A stretch of 64,000 bases of DNA. Origin: an uncultured Candidatus Binatia bacterium. Lineage in GTDB: Bacteria > Desulfobacterota > Binatia > Bin18. A program made the translations under genes and the position numbers. The notes beneath the pieces were generated by a model. That model had not been told where the DNA came from. It saw only the letters and a program-made list of their open reading frames with translations, and ran no database searches. The stretch spans positions 480,001 through 544,000 of the forward strand of contig OZ241744.1 of assembly GCA_965200965.1 (NCBI GenBank). The letters are read 5' to 3'. Positions 1 to 10,747 of the stretch are shown in pieces. How positions within the stretch are numbered: the stretch's first letter is position 1; the number at the start of each line of letters is the position of its first letter.

Positions 1-1191
1 CTGCGCAGCGATCGCATGGCCCTCCAACGGCTCAAAGAGGCGGCCGAAAAGGCCAAGTGCGAGTTGTCGTCGTCGATGGAGACGGAGGTCAATCTGCCGT
101 TTATCACGGCCGACCAGAGCGGCCCCAAGCACCTGACCATGAAGTTGTCTCGGGCCAAGCTGGAAGCCTTATGCGCCGACCTGCTTGACCGACTTGAGCA
201 GCCGTGTCTTACCGCCCTCAAGGACTCTGGTCTGTCCGTCAATCAGATCCAGGAAGTTGTCCTGGTCGGCGGCATGACGCGTATGCCGGCCGTCCAAGAG
301 CGGGTCAAGAAAATCTTTGGCAAAGACCCCCATAAGGGCGTCAATCCTGACGAAGTGGTAGCTATTGGCGCGGCGATTCAGGGCGCGGTCCTGACCGGCG
401 ATGTCAAAGATGTGCTGCTGCTGGACGTGACCCCGCTGTCGCTGGGCATTGAGACGCTGGGCGGTGTCTTTACCCGGCTGATTGAAAAAAATACTACCAT
501 CCCGACCAAAAAGAGCCAAGTGTTCTCCACCGCGGCCGATAGCCAGACGGCCGTAACCATCCGCGTCCACCAGGGAGAGCGGGAGATGGCCAACGACAAC
601 AAACTGCTGGGCCAGTTTGACCTGGTCGGGATTCCGCCCGCCCCGCGTGGCGTGCCCCAGATTGAGGTGATGTTTGATATTGACGCTAACGGCATTGTCC
701 ATGTGAATGCCAAAGACCTCGGTACCGGCAAAGAGCAGTCAATTCAGATCACGGCCTCAAGCGGCCTGTCTGAAGCCGAAATTCAGCAGATGGTCAAAGA
801 CGCCGAGGCCCACGCCGATGAGGACCAACAGCGCCGGGAGCGGATTGAAGCCCGCAACCAGCTCGACTCGTTGATCTACTCCACCGAAAAATCGCTGACC
901 GACTCTAAGGACGATGTTGACGCCGAGGCCGCCGGCAAGATTGGGGCCGCGCTGGAAAAAGCCAAACAGGTCTTGGACAGAGACGACCTTGAGGCCCTCA
1001 AAGCGGCCAACGAGGAACTGACCCAAGCCTCGCACAAACTGGCCGAGGCGATGTATGCGCGGGCGGCCAAGGAACAGCAGCAGGCCAAGCCGCAGGACGG
1101 GGCAGCCGGCCCGCCGCCTGGCAGCGGCAGCGATAGTCAGGCCAAAGACAAAGAGAATATCGTAGACGCTGACTTTGAAGAGGTGAAATAA
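1..1191 (+). CDS. dnaK: Chaperone DnaK (Hsp70), 5' part outside window
   Basis: [37 protein letters not shown] motifs and DADFEEVK C-terminus; frame open from window start. Confidence 0.98.
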   Translation: MRSDRMALQRLKEAAEKAKCELSSSMETEVNLPFITADQSGPKHLTMKLSRAKLEALCADLLDRLEQPCLTALKDSGLSVNQIQEVVLVGGMTRMPAVQERVKKIFGKDPHKGVNPDEVVAIGAAIQGAVLTGDVKDVLLLDVTPLSLGIETLGGVFTRLIEKNTTIPTKKSQVFSTAADSQTAVTIRVHQGEREMANDNKLLGQFDLVGIPPAPRGVPQIEVMFDIDANGIVHVNAKDLGTGKEQSIQITASSGLSEAEIQQMVKDAEAHADEDQQRRERIEARNQLDSLIYSTEKSLTDSKDDVDAEAAGKIGAALEKAKQVLDRDDLEALKAANEELTQASHKLAEAMYARAAKEQQQAKPQDGAAGPPPGSGSDSQAKDKENIVDADFEEVK

Positions 1192-1222
1192 AAGGGAACG
1201 CGAACAAGCAGCGCCTCTTAGG

Positions 1223-1259
1223 CCCCCACTTCTCCAGGCCGGAAGAGTGGGGGTTTTTT
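1223..1259 (+). terminator. Intrinsic terminator between dnaK and dnaJ
   Basis: CCCCCACTT...AAGAGTGGGGG stem followed by TTTTTT. Confidence 0.75.
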
Positions 1260-1282
1260 ATTGAGCGCGCAGAGGACAGGGC

Positions 1283-2401
1283 ATGGCATCAGCAGACTAT
1301 TATGAACTGCTCGGGGTCAGCCGCAGTGCGAGCGAGGATGATCTCAAAAGGGCCTACCGCAAAGCCGCTTTGAAATATCACCCCGACCGCAACCCCGGGG
1401 ATAAAGCCGCCGAAGAGAAATTCAAAGAACTCTCCGAGGCCTACCAAGTCCTGAGCGATAACGAGAAGCGCGCCCAGTACGATCGCTACGGGCACGCCGC
1501 GTTTGAACAAGGTGGTATGGGTAGCGGCGGTTTCGAGTTCAACGGCAATTTTGAGGATATCTTTGGCGATATCTTTGGCGATATCTTTGGCTCCGGAAGC
1601 CGCGGTGGACATAGCCGCGCCCGGCGGGGAGAAGACCTGAGTTACAGCCTGACGATTTCTTTTGAGGAAGCCGCTTTTGGGACAGAAAAAACGATCTCCA
1701 TCCCCCGCGCCAGTGCCTGTCAGACATGTCAGGGCAGCGGGGCGAAACCGGGCAACCGGCCGGCGCGGTGCTTGAACTGCCACGGAACCGGACAGGTCCG
1801 GTTTCAGCAGGGCTTCTTCACCATTGCCCGGACATGTCATCAGTGTGGCGGCCAGGGCTCGCTTGTGACCGATCCCTGTCCAAGCTGTCGAGGCACCGGC
1901 TCGGCACGCAAGACCTCGACCCTGCAAGTCACAATTCCGGCCGGGGTCGATACCGGCTCGCGCCTCAAACTGCGTGGGGAGGGCGAACAGGGCCCGGGGG
2001 CGAGCGTGCCCGGCGATCTGTATGTCATGATCCAGGTGCGGCCCCATCCCCTGTTCGAGCGGTCAAATAACGAGGTCGTGTGTGAGGTACCGATCAGCTT
2101 TCCGCAGGCCGCCCTCGGGGCGGATATTGAGGTGCCGACGCTCGAGGGCAAGCTCAAGATGAAAATCCCTGCCGGGACCCAATCGGGCAAACTGTTTCGT
2201 TTGCGCGGCAAGGGCATTGTCGACCTGCGTGGCCGTGGCCGTGGCGACCAACTCGTGCGGGTGACAGTCGAAACGCCGCATAAACTGACCAGCCGCCAGC
2301 GGGATCTGCTCGAAGAGTTTGACGGCCTTGGCACAGAGGATAGCGATGGTCATCCTCTGAGCAGAGGATTTTTTGATAAGGTTAAGGAACTCTTTGGCTG
2401 A
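1283..2401 (+). CDS. dnaJ: Chaperone DnaJ
   Basis: J-domain with HPD, G/F region with DIF repeats, four CxxCxGxG motifs. Confidence 0.98.
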   Translation: MASADYYELLGVSRSASEDDLKRAYRKAALKYHPDRNPGDKAAEEKFKELSEAYQVLSDNEKRAQYDRYGHAAFEQGGMGSGGFEFNGNFEDIFGDIFGDIFGSGSRGGHSRARRGEDLSYSLTISFEEAAFGTEKTISIPRASACQTCQGSGAKPGNRPARCLNCHGTGQVRFQQGFFTIARTCHQCGGQGSLVTDPCPSCRGTGSARKTSTLQVTIPAGVDTGSRLKLRGEGEQGPGASVPGDLYVMIQVRPHPLFERSNNEVVCEVPISFPQAALGADIEVPTLEGKLKMKIPAGTQSGKLFRLRGKGIVDLRGRGRGDQLVRVTVETPHKLTSRQRDLLEEFDGLGTEDSDGHPLSRGFFDKVKELFG

Positions 2402-2425
2402 GCCGGCCGACGCGAGAAGCCCCAG

Positions 2426-3406
2426 ATGCAGATTGCCGAGCTTGGCGAGTTCCTGTTTCTTCGCCGTCTGCGCGATCGGCTGCCGGCCGACCCACGGGTC
2501 AGCCTTGGCGTAGGTGACGACTGCGCGGCTCTCAGCCTGCCGGGGACGACCCTGCTGACCACCGACGCCTTGGTCGAAAACGTTCACTTTCGGCGTGAAT
2601 GGACCTCTCTTGTCAGCCTGGGGGCCAAGGCGTTTGCGGTCAATGCCAGCGATATTATTGCGATGGGCGGCGAACCGACATTCGCTCTGCTGAGCGTCAG
2701 TATTTCACAACAGGACACGGTTGAGGAGTTGGACGATTTTTTTGACGGCTTTCTGGCCGCGGCTCATAAGCGTCAGGTGGCCTTGATTGGCGGCAACATG
2801 AGCGCCGGGCCGTGCCTCATCGTATCGGTCACCCTGCTCGGCCACGCGCCGCACGGGATTGTGACCAGGGCCGGGGCACGGGTCGGTGACGATGTGTATG
2901 TGACCGGCACCCTGGGCGACGCCGCTCTGGGCCTGCGGCTCTTCCAACAAGGCCGGGACGACGCCCTTGCCCAAGCCCCCAGGGCACGCTTTGTGTGCCC
3001 GCGGCCACGTTTTGAGGTGGCCCGGGAGATCAGAGCTCGGGGGCTGGCAACGGCGATGCTTGATGTGAGCGACGGGCTGCTCCAGGACCTCGGCCATATG
3101 TGTGAAGAGAGCCGTGTCGGGGCGCGGATTGAGGCGTCCCGCCTGCCCCTGTCCGATGCCTATCGCGGTCTCCTCGGTGCCCGGGCCTGGGATGTGGCGC
3201 TGACCGGCGGCGAAGACTACGAGTTGTTGTTCTGCGTGCCAACTGGCCGGCAGGCGGTGCTGCAAACAGTGGCTGAAGCCTGCGGCTGCGCAGTCACCCG
3301 GATCGGCACGATTGTCCCAGAGCGAGACGGCCGCCAAGTGCTTGATGCAGCCGGCAAGTCGTACACCCCGACCGGGGCCGGCCACGACCATTTTCGCCGC
3401 GCCTGA
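2426..3406 (+). CDS. thiL: Thiamine-monophosphate kinase
   Basis: GEF start, GDDCA, TTDALVENVHF, NASDIIAMGG, DVSDGL, GGEDYEL motifs. Confidence 0.95.
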   Translation: MQIAELGEFLFLRRLRDRLPADPRVSLGVGDDCAALSLPGTTLLTTDALVENVHFRREWTSLVSLGAKAFAVNASDIIAMGGEPTFALLSVSISQQDTVEELDDFFDGFLAAAHKRQVALIGGNMSAGPCLIVSVTLLGHAPHGIVTRAGARVGDDVYVTGTLGDAALGLRLFQQGRDDALAQAPRARFVCPRPRFEVAREIRARGLATAMLDVSDGLLQDLGHMCEESRVGARIEASRLPLSDAYRGLLGARAWDVALTGGEDYELLFCVPTGRQAVLQTVAEACGCAVTRIGTIVPERDGRQVLDAAGKSYTPTGAGHDHFRRA

Positions 3407-3416
3407 CAGGCTGGAT

Positions 3417-4196
3417 ATGGACAGCGCTCGTTTGCACGACTTATTATCCCGGGTCAAAAGCAGGCAGGTGGCGGTCGAGCAGGCCGTTGAAGCGCTGAAA
3501 ACCCTGCCCTTTGAAGACCTCGGCTTCGCCCGCGTTGACCATCACCGTGCGCTACGCGCCGGGTTTCCCGAGGTCATTTTCGGTCAGGGCAAAACCGCGG
3601 CCCAGATTACGGCGATTGCCCAACGCCTCATCGTCAGCGGCCACCGTGCCCTGATCACCCGTCTTGAGGCCGATAAGGCGGATGCGGTCCGTGTCCTGCT
3701 GCCGGCTCTGTGCTACTACGCCGAGGCGCGCGTCGCTATCCTTGGGCAGCGGCCAAGCCCGCCGCCCGAACAGGGACACATCCTGGTGGCTGCGGCCGGA
3801 ACAGCCGACCTGCCGGTCGCTGAAGAGGCCGCGGTGTCGGCTGACCTGCTGGGCAACCGGGTGGAACGTCTGTACGATGTGGGGGTGGCCGGCCTGCACC
3901 GCCTGCTCAGCAGCCTTGACCAACTCCGGGCGGCCAGCGTGTTGATTGTCGTGGCCGGCATGGAAGGGGCCTTGCCGAGTGTGGTGGGCGGACTCGTTGA
4001 CCGGCCGCTGATCGCCGTGCCAACCAGCATCGGCTACGGCGCGAGCTTTCATGGACTTGCGGCCCTGCTGGCCATGCTCAACTCGTGCGCGGCCGGCATC
4101 ACCGTAGTGAATATCGATAATGGCTTTGGTGCCGCGGCCGCGGCGACGCTGATGAATCGCCTGACGTGTCACACAAACGCACGGGCTCCGGCTTAA
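3417..4196 (+). CDS. larB: LarB-like nickel-pincer cofactor biosynthesis protein (PurE/AIR carboxylase fold)
   Basis: DLGFARVDHHR, GFPEVIFGQGKT, AGMEGALPSV, VPTSIGYG, VVNIDNGFGAA; start moved to ATG 3417. Confidence 0.88.
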   Translation: MDSARLHDLLSRVKSRQVAVEQAVEALKTLPFEDLGFARVDHHRALRAGFPEVIFGQGKTAAQITAIAQRLIVSGHRALITRLEADKADAVRVLLPALCYYAEARVAILGQRPSPPPEQGHILVAAAGTADLPVAEEAAVSADLLGNRVERLYDVGVAGLHRLLSSLDQLRAASVLIVVAGMEGALPSVVGGLVDRPLIAVPTSIGYGASFHGLAALLAMLNSCAAGITVVNIDNGFGAAAAATLMNRLTCHTNARAPA

Positions 4197-5536
4197 CCCA
4201 AGGGCGGGCGAAACGCGCCCTCCGGGTCGGCTCGCTGACCTCGGCGGTGGGCGGGAGCTATGTCTGGCACGCTCTCACACAGCTCTTCCAATCCGCCAAC
4301 AAAAAAGAGCAGGCGCTGTTAGACCTGCACCTCAAAAACGCCCTGCGTGTTGTTGAGCGTTCACGCGAGCTGCGCGGGACGTTTATGAAGCTCATCCAGA
4401 TGCTCAGTATGCGCGGCGATCTGCTGCCGTCTGAGGTGGTGGATGTCTTGTCGGTCGTCCAGTCCTCTGTGCCGCCGATGGACTCCGCGCTCATTCGGGC
4501 CCAGGTCAAGGCAGAACTCGGCTCCTGGCCACACCAATTGTTTCAGCGCTTCGAGCCTGAGGCCTTTGCCGCGGCCTCGCTCGGTCAGGTTCATCGGGCG
4601 AGACTCAAGAACGGCAGGGAGGTGGTCGTCAAGATTCAGTACCCCGGCGTGGATACGACTGTTGAGCACGATTTGAAAAATACGCGGGCCCTGCTCCAGA
4701 CCCTGACGCTGCTTACCCGCGATATCTTGCGCCAGCGGTTTGAGGTGGATGAGATCTGTCACGAAATGACGGCTCGGCTGCGCGAAGAACTCAATTACCT
4801 GCACGAAGCCGAGAATATCAAGCGCTTTCGGCGTCTGTTTGCCGATGATGAAGAACTGCTCATCCCCCGGGTCTTCCCCAAGTTTTCGTCCCAACGTGTG
4901 CTGACCATGGAGTATATTGACGGCTACAGCTTCCACGACATTCTTGCCCCGAGCGTTGACAAAGAGCTGAAAGACTGGGTGGCGATCAAGTACTTTCAGA
5001 TCACCTGGCGACAGATTTTTGACTTTGGGGTGCTGCACACCGACCCCCAGCCGGGGAACTATCTGGTGACCTATCACCCCAAACTTGCCATGCTTGATTT
5101 TGGCAGCGTGCGGGTCTTTCCCCCCACGATTCGGCGCACCTATCTTGCTCTAGCGCGGGCCATTATTGAGCGCGATGAACAGACCATGACGGGGTGTTTT
5201 GTCTCGCTCGGCTTCCTGGACGCCGACGCTGATCCGGCCCCGCTGATCCGGATCATGTACCTGATCTTTGAGCCGGTGCTGGAAGATCGCATCTATGACC
5301 CGCACGATTTTCATTCGGCCGAGAAGAGCGTTGAGGTCACGGCCATCAGCCTTGAGCATCGGATCTTCAACGCACCCGGACACCGCCTGTTTCTGGTGCG
5401 TGCTTTGCTCGGTTTAGAAGCCTATGTGCAGCAGTTCCGAACGGTGATAAACTGGCACCGGCTGTTCTGGGAGTGTATTGAGCGCAGCGAAGCCGCGGCA
5501 CGCTACGGCTCTGCATCCGTGGACACGCGCTGCTGA
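4166..5536 (+). CDS. ABC1/UbiB family atypical kinase
   Basis: AAASLGQVHRA, VVKIQYPGV, HTDPQPGN, LDFG motifs; start uncertain. Confidence 0.9.
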   Translation: MSHKRTGSGLTQGRAKRALRVGSLTSAVGGSYVWHALTQLFQSANKKEQALLDLHLKNALRVVERSRELRGTFMKLIQMLSMRGDLLPSEVVDVLSVVQSSVPPMDSALIRAQVKAELGSWPHQLFQRFEPEAFAAASLGQVHRARLKNGREVVVKIQYPGVDTTVEHDLKNTRALLQTLTLLTRDILRQRFEVDEICHEMTARLREELNYLHEAENIKRFRRLFADDEELLIPRVFPKFSSQRVLTMEYIDGYSFHDILAPSVDKELKDWVAIKYFQITWRQIFDFGVLHTDPQPGNYLVTYHPKLAMLDFGSVRVFPPTIRRTYLALARAIIERDEQTMTGCFVSLGFLDADADPAPLIRIMYLIFEPVLEDRIYDPHDFHSAEKSVEVTAISLEHRIFNAPGHRLFLVRALLGLEAYVQQFRTVINWHRLFWECIERSEAAARYGSASVDTRC

Positions 5537-7560
5537 AATGTCGCCATCGCCTCCCGATGCCCGGCCAGAATCAACGTATCGGTGGCGTGCAGGGGTTGGT
5601 CGGGCTGGGGCAGGTAGTCGCGTGGGCCCGTGTTCCCGGTCGTCCGGACGGCCAGAACAGTGACATTATAGCGGGCGCGCAGGTCAAGTTCTTTGATCGT
5701 TTTGCCGCTGAAGGCGGCCGGCAGATGGAGCGCGACGACCGTATACTGGGGCGACAAGGTGAGGGCGTTGCGACGCTGGGACGAGCCGAGCGGCAGGGTC
5801 CCCAGAAACTCTTTGCGCAACACCTCACGGTTATACAGGTCAACCACATCCTGCTGGGCCACCACCCCGACCACCTTGGGTACCGCGCCCGACTCCACCA
5901 CCGGCAGCCGCTCTGTAGCGCTGCCACTAAACTTTTCCAGGCACGCGGCCAGGGTTTCGCCTGGATAGGCCATGACCGAGACCGGCTGGGCCATGTCACG
6001 CGCAATAATCAGCCCGCTGAGTTCCCCGTCGTTCAGAAAGCCCTTGATATCGTGGAGATGAATCGCCCCGGTCAGGCGGCTGTGCTGATCAACCAGGTAG
6101 TAGTTAGGTTCTTGGGAGTCCAGAAACTTATTGACCACCTCCTCAAAGGCGGCTCCCTCGGCCAGGGTCGGGGCCGGGCTACGCATGACATCGGCGATGT
6201 GGAAGGATTGCATGACCGTCTCCTCCCTGCCCCGGAGCAGGGAGATGCCTTTGCGGGAGAGTTTCAGGGTATAGATGGAGTGGGTGTACAGATAGCGGGC
6301 GGTGACGGTACTCAAGGTACACGCAATCATCACCGGCAGAATAATCTGATAGTCTCCGGTCAGTTCAAACAGCATGAGAATGGCGGTGACCGGAGCGTGG
6401 GTCGTGCCGGCCACGACCGCGCCCATACCGACCATAGCGTAGGCTTCGGGCTCAGCGGCTAGGCCGGGCAGGACCATGTGGACGGCGTGCCCGAATAACC
6501 CCCCAGCCACCACGCCCAGAAACAAGGACGGTGAGAAGATGCCACCCGACGCGCCCGAGCCGAGGGTGGTGCAGGTGGCGATGAGTTTGATGCCGAACAG
6601 GACGGCCAAAAACTGCCATTCGGTCGCCTCGTGCAGCAGGCGATACATGGCCTCAAAACCCGTTCCATACACCTCGGGCCAGTACAGCAGCAGGCCGCCG
6701 ACGAGCAGGCCGCCGACAGTCGTCCGCAAGACTGGCGGAATGGGGCTGTGATCAAACAGGTCCTCACTCTTATACAGGACGCGAATGAAGATGACAGCTA
6801 CGAGTCCCATCAGGATGCCGAGCAGGGCGTACAGGGGCACCTCGCCATAGTGCAGCAAGGAGTACTGGGGAATCTGAAAGGCCGGGACGTTGCCCAGATA
6901 CGCGCGTGAGACCGCGGTCGCCAGCACAGACGAGAGCACAATCGGTGCAAACGCTGGAACGGCGAAATTACCCAGAATCACCTCCAGGGCAAAGAAGGTC
7001 CCGGCAATCGGGGCGTTAAAGGTGGCCGCAATTCCGCCCGCCGCCCCACAGCCAACCAGCGTCCGCACCTGGTCTGGGGACAGCCGCAGCATCTGCCCGC
7101 AGCTCGAACCCAGGGTCGAGCCAATCTGGATGACAGGACCCTCGCGGCCGGTTGAGCCACCCGTGCCGATCGTTACCGCTGAAGCCACGGTTTTGGCCAG
7201 CGCCACCCGGGCTCGGATGACACCCCCCCGGAGGGCGACGGCTTCCATGACCTCTGGCACCCCGTGTCCCTTGGCCTCAACCGCCCAGCGGGTGATAATT
7301 GGCGTGACCAGCAGGCCGCCGATAGCCGGCAGACACAGCTTCCAATACCACGGCAGGGTCGGGAGTATGGCCAGCGGAGAGGTTGAGCCAAGGGCGATTT
7401 TCTGGACAAGGTGGAGCAGTTCGTGAAAGCCAATCGCCACCACGCCGACGAGCAGCCCAACCACACAGGCCAGCACAATGTTGACGCCCTGCTGTCGGGT
7501 TTGCAGCAGGGCCAGGAGTTTGTGGGTGAGAGGGGGTTCGGGGGGGGCTGTCTCGGCCAT
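5503..7560 (-). CDS. ClC chloride channel/antiporter with CBS pair and TrkA-C (RCK_C) domain
   Basis: GHGVPE, GREGP, GGIFSPSL ClC motifs; CBS region; C-terminal GKTIKELDLRARYNVTVLAV; start set at MAETAPP. Confidence 0.92.
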   Translation of the reverse strand: MAETAPPEPPLTHKLLALLQTRQQGVNIVLACVVGLLVGVVAIGFHELLHLVQKIALGSTSPLAILPTLPWYWKLCLPAIGGLLVTPIITRWAVEAKGHGVPEVMEAVALRGGVIRARVALAKTVASAVTIGTGGSTGREGPVIQIGSTLGSSCGQMLRLSPDQVRTLVGCGAAGGIAATFNAPIAGTFFALEVILGNFAVPAFAPIVLSSVLATAVSRAYLGNVPAFQIPQYSLLHYGEVPLYALLGILMGLVAVIFIRVLYKSEDLFDHSPIPPVLRTTVGGLLVGGLLLYWPEVYGTGFEAMYRLLHEATEWQFLAVLFGIKLIATCTTLGSGASGGIFSPSLFLGVVAGGLFGHAVHMVLPGLAAEPEAYAMVGMGAVVAGTTHAPVTAILMLFELTGDYQIILPVMIACTLSTVTARYLYTHSIYTLKLSRKGISLLRGREETVMQSFHIADVMRSPAPTLAEGAAFEEVVNKFLDSQEPNYYLVDQHSRLTGAIHLHDIKGFLNDGELSGLIIARDMAQPVSVMAYPGETLAACLEKFSGSATERLPVVESGAVPKVVGVVAQQDVVDLYNREVLRKEFLGTLPLGSSQRRNALTLSPQYTVVALHLPAAFSGKTIKELDLRARYNVTVLAVRTTGNTGPRDYLPQPDQPLHATDTLILAGHREAMATFQQRVSTDAEP

Positions 7561-7610
7561 GACGTATTGTGTGCTATCCGTGTCGCCTTGTCCACTTTGG
7601 GGGCGTACGC

Positions 7611-7638
7611 TTGACTTTCCTGGACGAGCGTCTATCCT
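7611..7638 (+). promoter_or_regulatory. Putative sigma70 promoter of rpsU
   Basis: TTGACT-16nt-TATCCT upstream of GAGGAGG RBS. Confidence 0.45.
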
Positions 7639-7671
7639 GGTAGACATTGCCTGAGAGGAGGTGATTGCTTC

Positions 7672-7869
7672 ATGGCAGGTGTTCGGGTGAAAGAAAGCGA
7701 ACCCATAGAAAGCGCCATCCGCCGTTTTAAGAAGCAGTGCGAGAAGGCCGGTATTCTCCAGGAACTCAAAAAACGCGAGCACTATGAAAAACCGAGCGTG
7801 CGCCGCAAACGGAAAGCCGTCGCCGCCAGAAAACGTGCCTTACGTCGGGCCAGCCGTTCGTTCTACTAG
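7672..7869 (+). CDS. rpsU: 30S ribosomal protein S21
   Basis: [28 protein letters not shown]; strong RBS. Confidence 0.97.
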   Translation: MAGVRVKESEPIESAIRRFKKQCEKAGILQELKKREHYEKPSVRRKRKAVAARKRALRRASRSFY

Positions 7870-7980
7870 TTCTCCCTGAGTTGCCCCGCCCGTGCTGCCT
7901 GTCTCCACATCCGCCCGGGTCTTGCTGTACGCGGGGTACGGCGGCTGTCATCAAACCCCGCAGATCGAGAGGTCGCCCGC

Positions 7981-9768
7981 ATGGCAGACCGGATCCCCGA
8001 GGCTAGCTTGGCCGAGATCCGCGCCCGTATCAGTATTGTTGACCTGATCTCGGGCTATGTCGCCCTGAACAAAGCGGGCCGTAGCCATATGGGCCTGTGT
8101 CCTTTTCACGCCGAGAAGACCCCGTCCTTTAGCGTGCATGAGGAACGCGGCTTTTTTCATTGCTTTGGCTGTCAGGCCAGTGGCAGTGTGTTCACTTTTG
8201 TCTCCAAAATTGAGGGCCTCACCTTCCCGGAAGCAGTGCGCCGGCTGGCCAAACAGGCCGGCGTAACCCTGCCGGCGAGCCGTGACCCCCAGGCTCAGGA
8301 AAGCGCCCGTCTGTACCGTCTCAACGAACTGGCCAGTGTCTATTTTCAGCGCTGCCTGGCCGGCCCCGGCGGGGGCGGTGCCCGACGATATGTAGCTCAA
8401 CGCGGGCTCCAGCCCGAAGTGGTCAAACACTTCCGGCTGGGCTTTGCTCCGCCCGGCTGGAATGGTCTGGTCCGCTTTTTGACCGCTCAGAAGGCCGACC
8501 TGCGCGCCGCCGCGCGGCTGGGCCTCATCGGCGAGCGAGAGGGGGGCGGCTATTATGACAAGTTCTGCCAGCGTCTGATGTTTCCGATTACCGATGTGGT
8601 CGGCCAGCCGGTCGGCTTTGGCGGACGGCTGTTGCCCCAGGCTGAGCAGGCCGGGCAGCCCTCGGCAGCGCAGCGGTCGCCCCGCTCCTCGCCCAAATAC
8701 ATCAATTCGTCGGAGTCTGCGGTGTATAAAAAGGCGAGGCTGGTCTACGGCTTGGCCCAGGCCAAGGCCGCCATCAAGAGCCGTGAGCGCGCCCTGCTTG
8801 TTGAGGGTTATATTGACCTGCTGGCTCTTGTCCAGCACGGCTATAGCGAGACGGTTGCCGTTTTGGGAACGGCCCTGACGCTTGATCAGCTCAGGCAGCT
8901 ACGTCGCTTTACCCGCGAAGTCTATCTCTTTTTTGATGGCGACGAGGCCGGACGACGGGCGGCAACCCGGGCCTATCCCCTGTGTCTGGACGCCGAGGTG
9001 AACGGTCGGGGAATTTTTCTGCCCCAGGACGAGGACCCCGACTCCTTTGTCCGCGGACACGGCCGGGCTGCGCTGGACGACCTGATTGAGCGGGCCGAGT
9101 CGCTCCAGGATTTCTATCTGCGTCGTCACTCTCTCCCCCCCGGAGCGTCTGCTTTTCAACGGGCGCAGGCTGCACGCGAGGCGCTTTCCGAGCTCAAACC
9201 GAGCGATATAGTGCTCCGAGGGGCGCTGCTGACGCAGCTCGCCCAGCACTTTGGGGTGCATGAAGAGGAGCTCCGCGGCTCGGCAGCGGACACCTCACAT
9301 CGCCCGCCGCCTGCGGCCCAGCGCCGGCCTCGTCGTCCGCCTGCTCCCTCTCCCCAGGCTGTGGTGGAGACGGAGTTGCTGTATCTGATGCTCATTGACC
9401 GCCAGCTCGCCCTGCGGGCCGCCAGTGAGGGCCTTGTCGCCGCTTTTCAACACTGGCCGGCGCTGGCCGCAGACCTTGTGGCGGCGTGGCAGGAACACGA
9501 CCAGATTGATGTCGGGACTGTGTTGGACACCTTCCCCCAAGAGCTGGCAGGACTGGCCGCCCGGGTCAGCCGGGCCGATGTCCAGGAGCCGTCCGATGCG
9601 GAAACCGGGCAGCGCGAACAGATGTTCGCCGATTGTGTCCGGCGGCTGCAAACCACCCGCCGCAAATCCGCCCGTGAACAGCTCCAGCAACAGATTCGGG
9701 AAGCCGAGCTGAGGGGCGATGACGAGGCTGTCCGCCGCAGCCTCCAGCAGCTGCAACGGCTGGGATAG
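7981..9768 (+). CDS. dnaG: DNA primase
   Basis: CPFH..KTPSF / CFGC zinc-binding domain, KYINSSE, VEGYID and FDGDEAG TOPRIM motifs. Confidence 0.97.
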   Translation: MADRIPEASLAEIRARISIVDLISGYVALNKAGRSHMGLCPFHAEKTPSFSVHEERGFFHCFGCQASGSVFTFVSKIEGLTFPEAVRRLAKQAGVTLPASRDPQAQESARLYRLNELASVYFQRCLAGPGGGGARRYVAQRGLQPEVVKHFRLGFAPPGWNGLVRFLTAQKADLRAAARLGLIGEREGGGYYDKFCQRLMFPITDVVGQPVGFGGRLLPQAEQAGQPSAAQRSPRSSPKYINSSESAVYKKARLVYGLAQAKAAIKSRERALLVEGYIDLLALVQHGYSETVAVLGTALTLDQLRQLRRFTREVYLFFDGDEAGRRAATRAYPLCLDAEVNGRGIFLPQDEDPDSFVRGHGRAALDDLIERAESLQDFYLRRHSLPPGASAFQRAQAAREALSELKPSDIVLRGALLTQLAQHFGVHEEELRGSAADTSHRPPPAAQRRPRRPPAPSPQAVVETELLYLMLIDRQLALRAASEGLVAAFQHWPALAADLVAAWQEHDQIDVGTVLDTFPQELAGLAARVSRADVQEPSDAETGQREQMFADCVRRLQTTRRKSAREQLQQQIREAELRGDDEAVRRSLQQLQRLG

Positions 9769-9851
9769 GAAAGGTGAGGAGAAACACGCGAGCGAGCAGT
9801 AGGCATCCTGCCGGGCGTGTGCTATGAAGGAGCGCAGTTCAGGCCGTGTCA

Positions 9852-9925
<74 letters not shown>

Positions 9926-9987
9926 TATGTTGAACTCTTCGCTCTCGACCCGTTCGACATCAGGAGACAAGCGAAAGGAGATATTCG

Positions 9988-10731
9988 TTGGCCACACAGA
10001 CCGAGGTGCTGGCTGCGCTTCAGGAGCTTGACCAAGGGCTGCATCGCAAAGCACAGCTTCTGCAAGCGTTGCGTCAGCACCTGACCGCTATTGGATCAGA
10101 GATAGAGCACACCGAGCAGGAGGCGGCAACCCAATACCAGAAGGTGCAGGAGCTTGAGGCCCAGCGCCGTGACATCGAAGGGCGGCTTGAACTGGAAGAA
10201 GACAAAATCAAGGAAAAGCGGGTCCGCCTGAACCGCATCCGCAATGAGCGGGAAATGCTCGCCGGCCAGCGAGAGATCGAACTGATGCGAGAAGAAAAAG
10301 GCACGCTGGAAGAGAGCGCCCTGCTGCTGCTTGAACAGATAGAACACGAGAACGAGGGCTTGGTGCAGAGCCAAGCCCGCTTGGCAGAACTCAAGGTCCA
10401 GCACCAGCAGGAAGTGGAGCGGACGGACAGCCAGATCGTGGCCCTGGAACACGAATCGCGGCAGCAGCGCGAGGAGCGCAACGGCCTGATCGGCTCTCTT
10501 GACCCAAGCCTCCAGAGCCGCTACGAGCGCGTCTTCGCCAAATGCGGCGAGCTGGCCGTGGTGCAGGTTCAACAGGGGACCTGCCAGGGCTGCCACATGC
10601 GACTTCCGCCCCAGCTGTGCAATCAGCTCCAGAGCAGTCAGCTTCAGCAGTCTGAAAAAATTTATTACTGTCCGCACTGCACGCGGATCATCTATCGGCC
10701 GGAGTCTGCTGAGGAGGAACCCGATGCCTGA
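9988..10731 (+). CDS. Coiled-coil protein with C-terminal C4 zinc ribbon (DUF164/CT398-like)
   Basis: LQELD start, long coiled coil, CQGCHM...CPHCTRI; TTG start with GGAG RBS. Confidence 0.9.
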   Translation: MATQTEVLAALQELDQGLHRKAQLLQALRQHLTAIGSEIEHTEQEAATQYQKVQELEAQRRDIEGRLELEEDKIKEKRVRLNRIRNEREMLAGQREIELMREEKGTLEESALLLLEQIEHENEGLVQSQARLAELKVQHQQEVERTDSQIVALEHESRQQREERNGLIGSLDPSLQSRYERVFAKCGELAVVQVQQGTCQGCHMRLPPQLCNQLQSSQLQQSEKIYYCPHCTRIIYRPESAEEEPDA

Positions 10732-10747
10732 CCCGGGCCGTCAGTGT

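Noticed and set aside
1555-1590. GATATCTTTGGC tandem repeat
   Set aside because: It encodes the normal DIFG repeats of the DnaJ G/F region.
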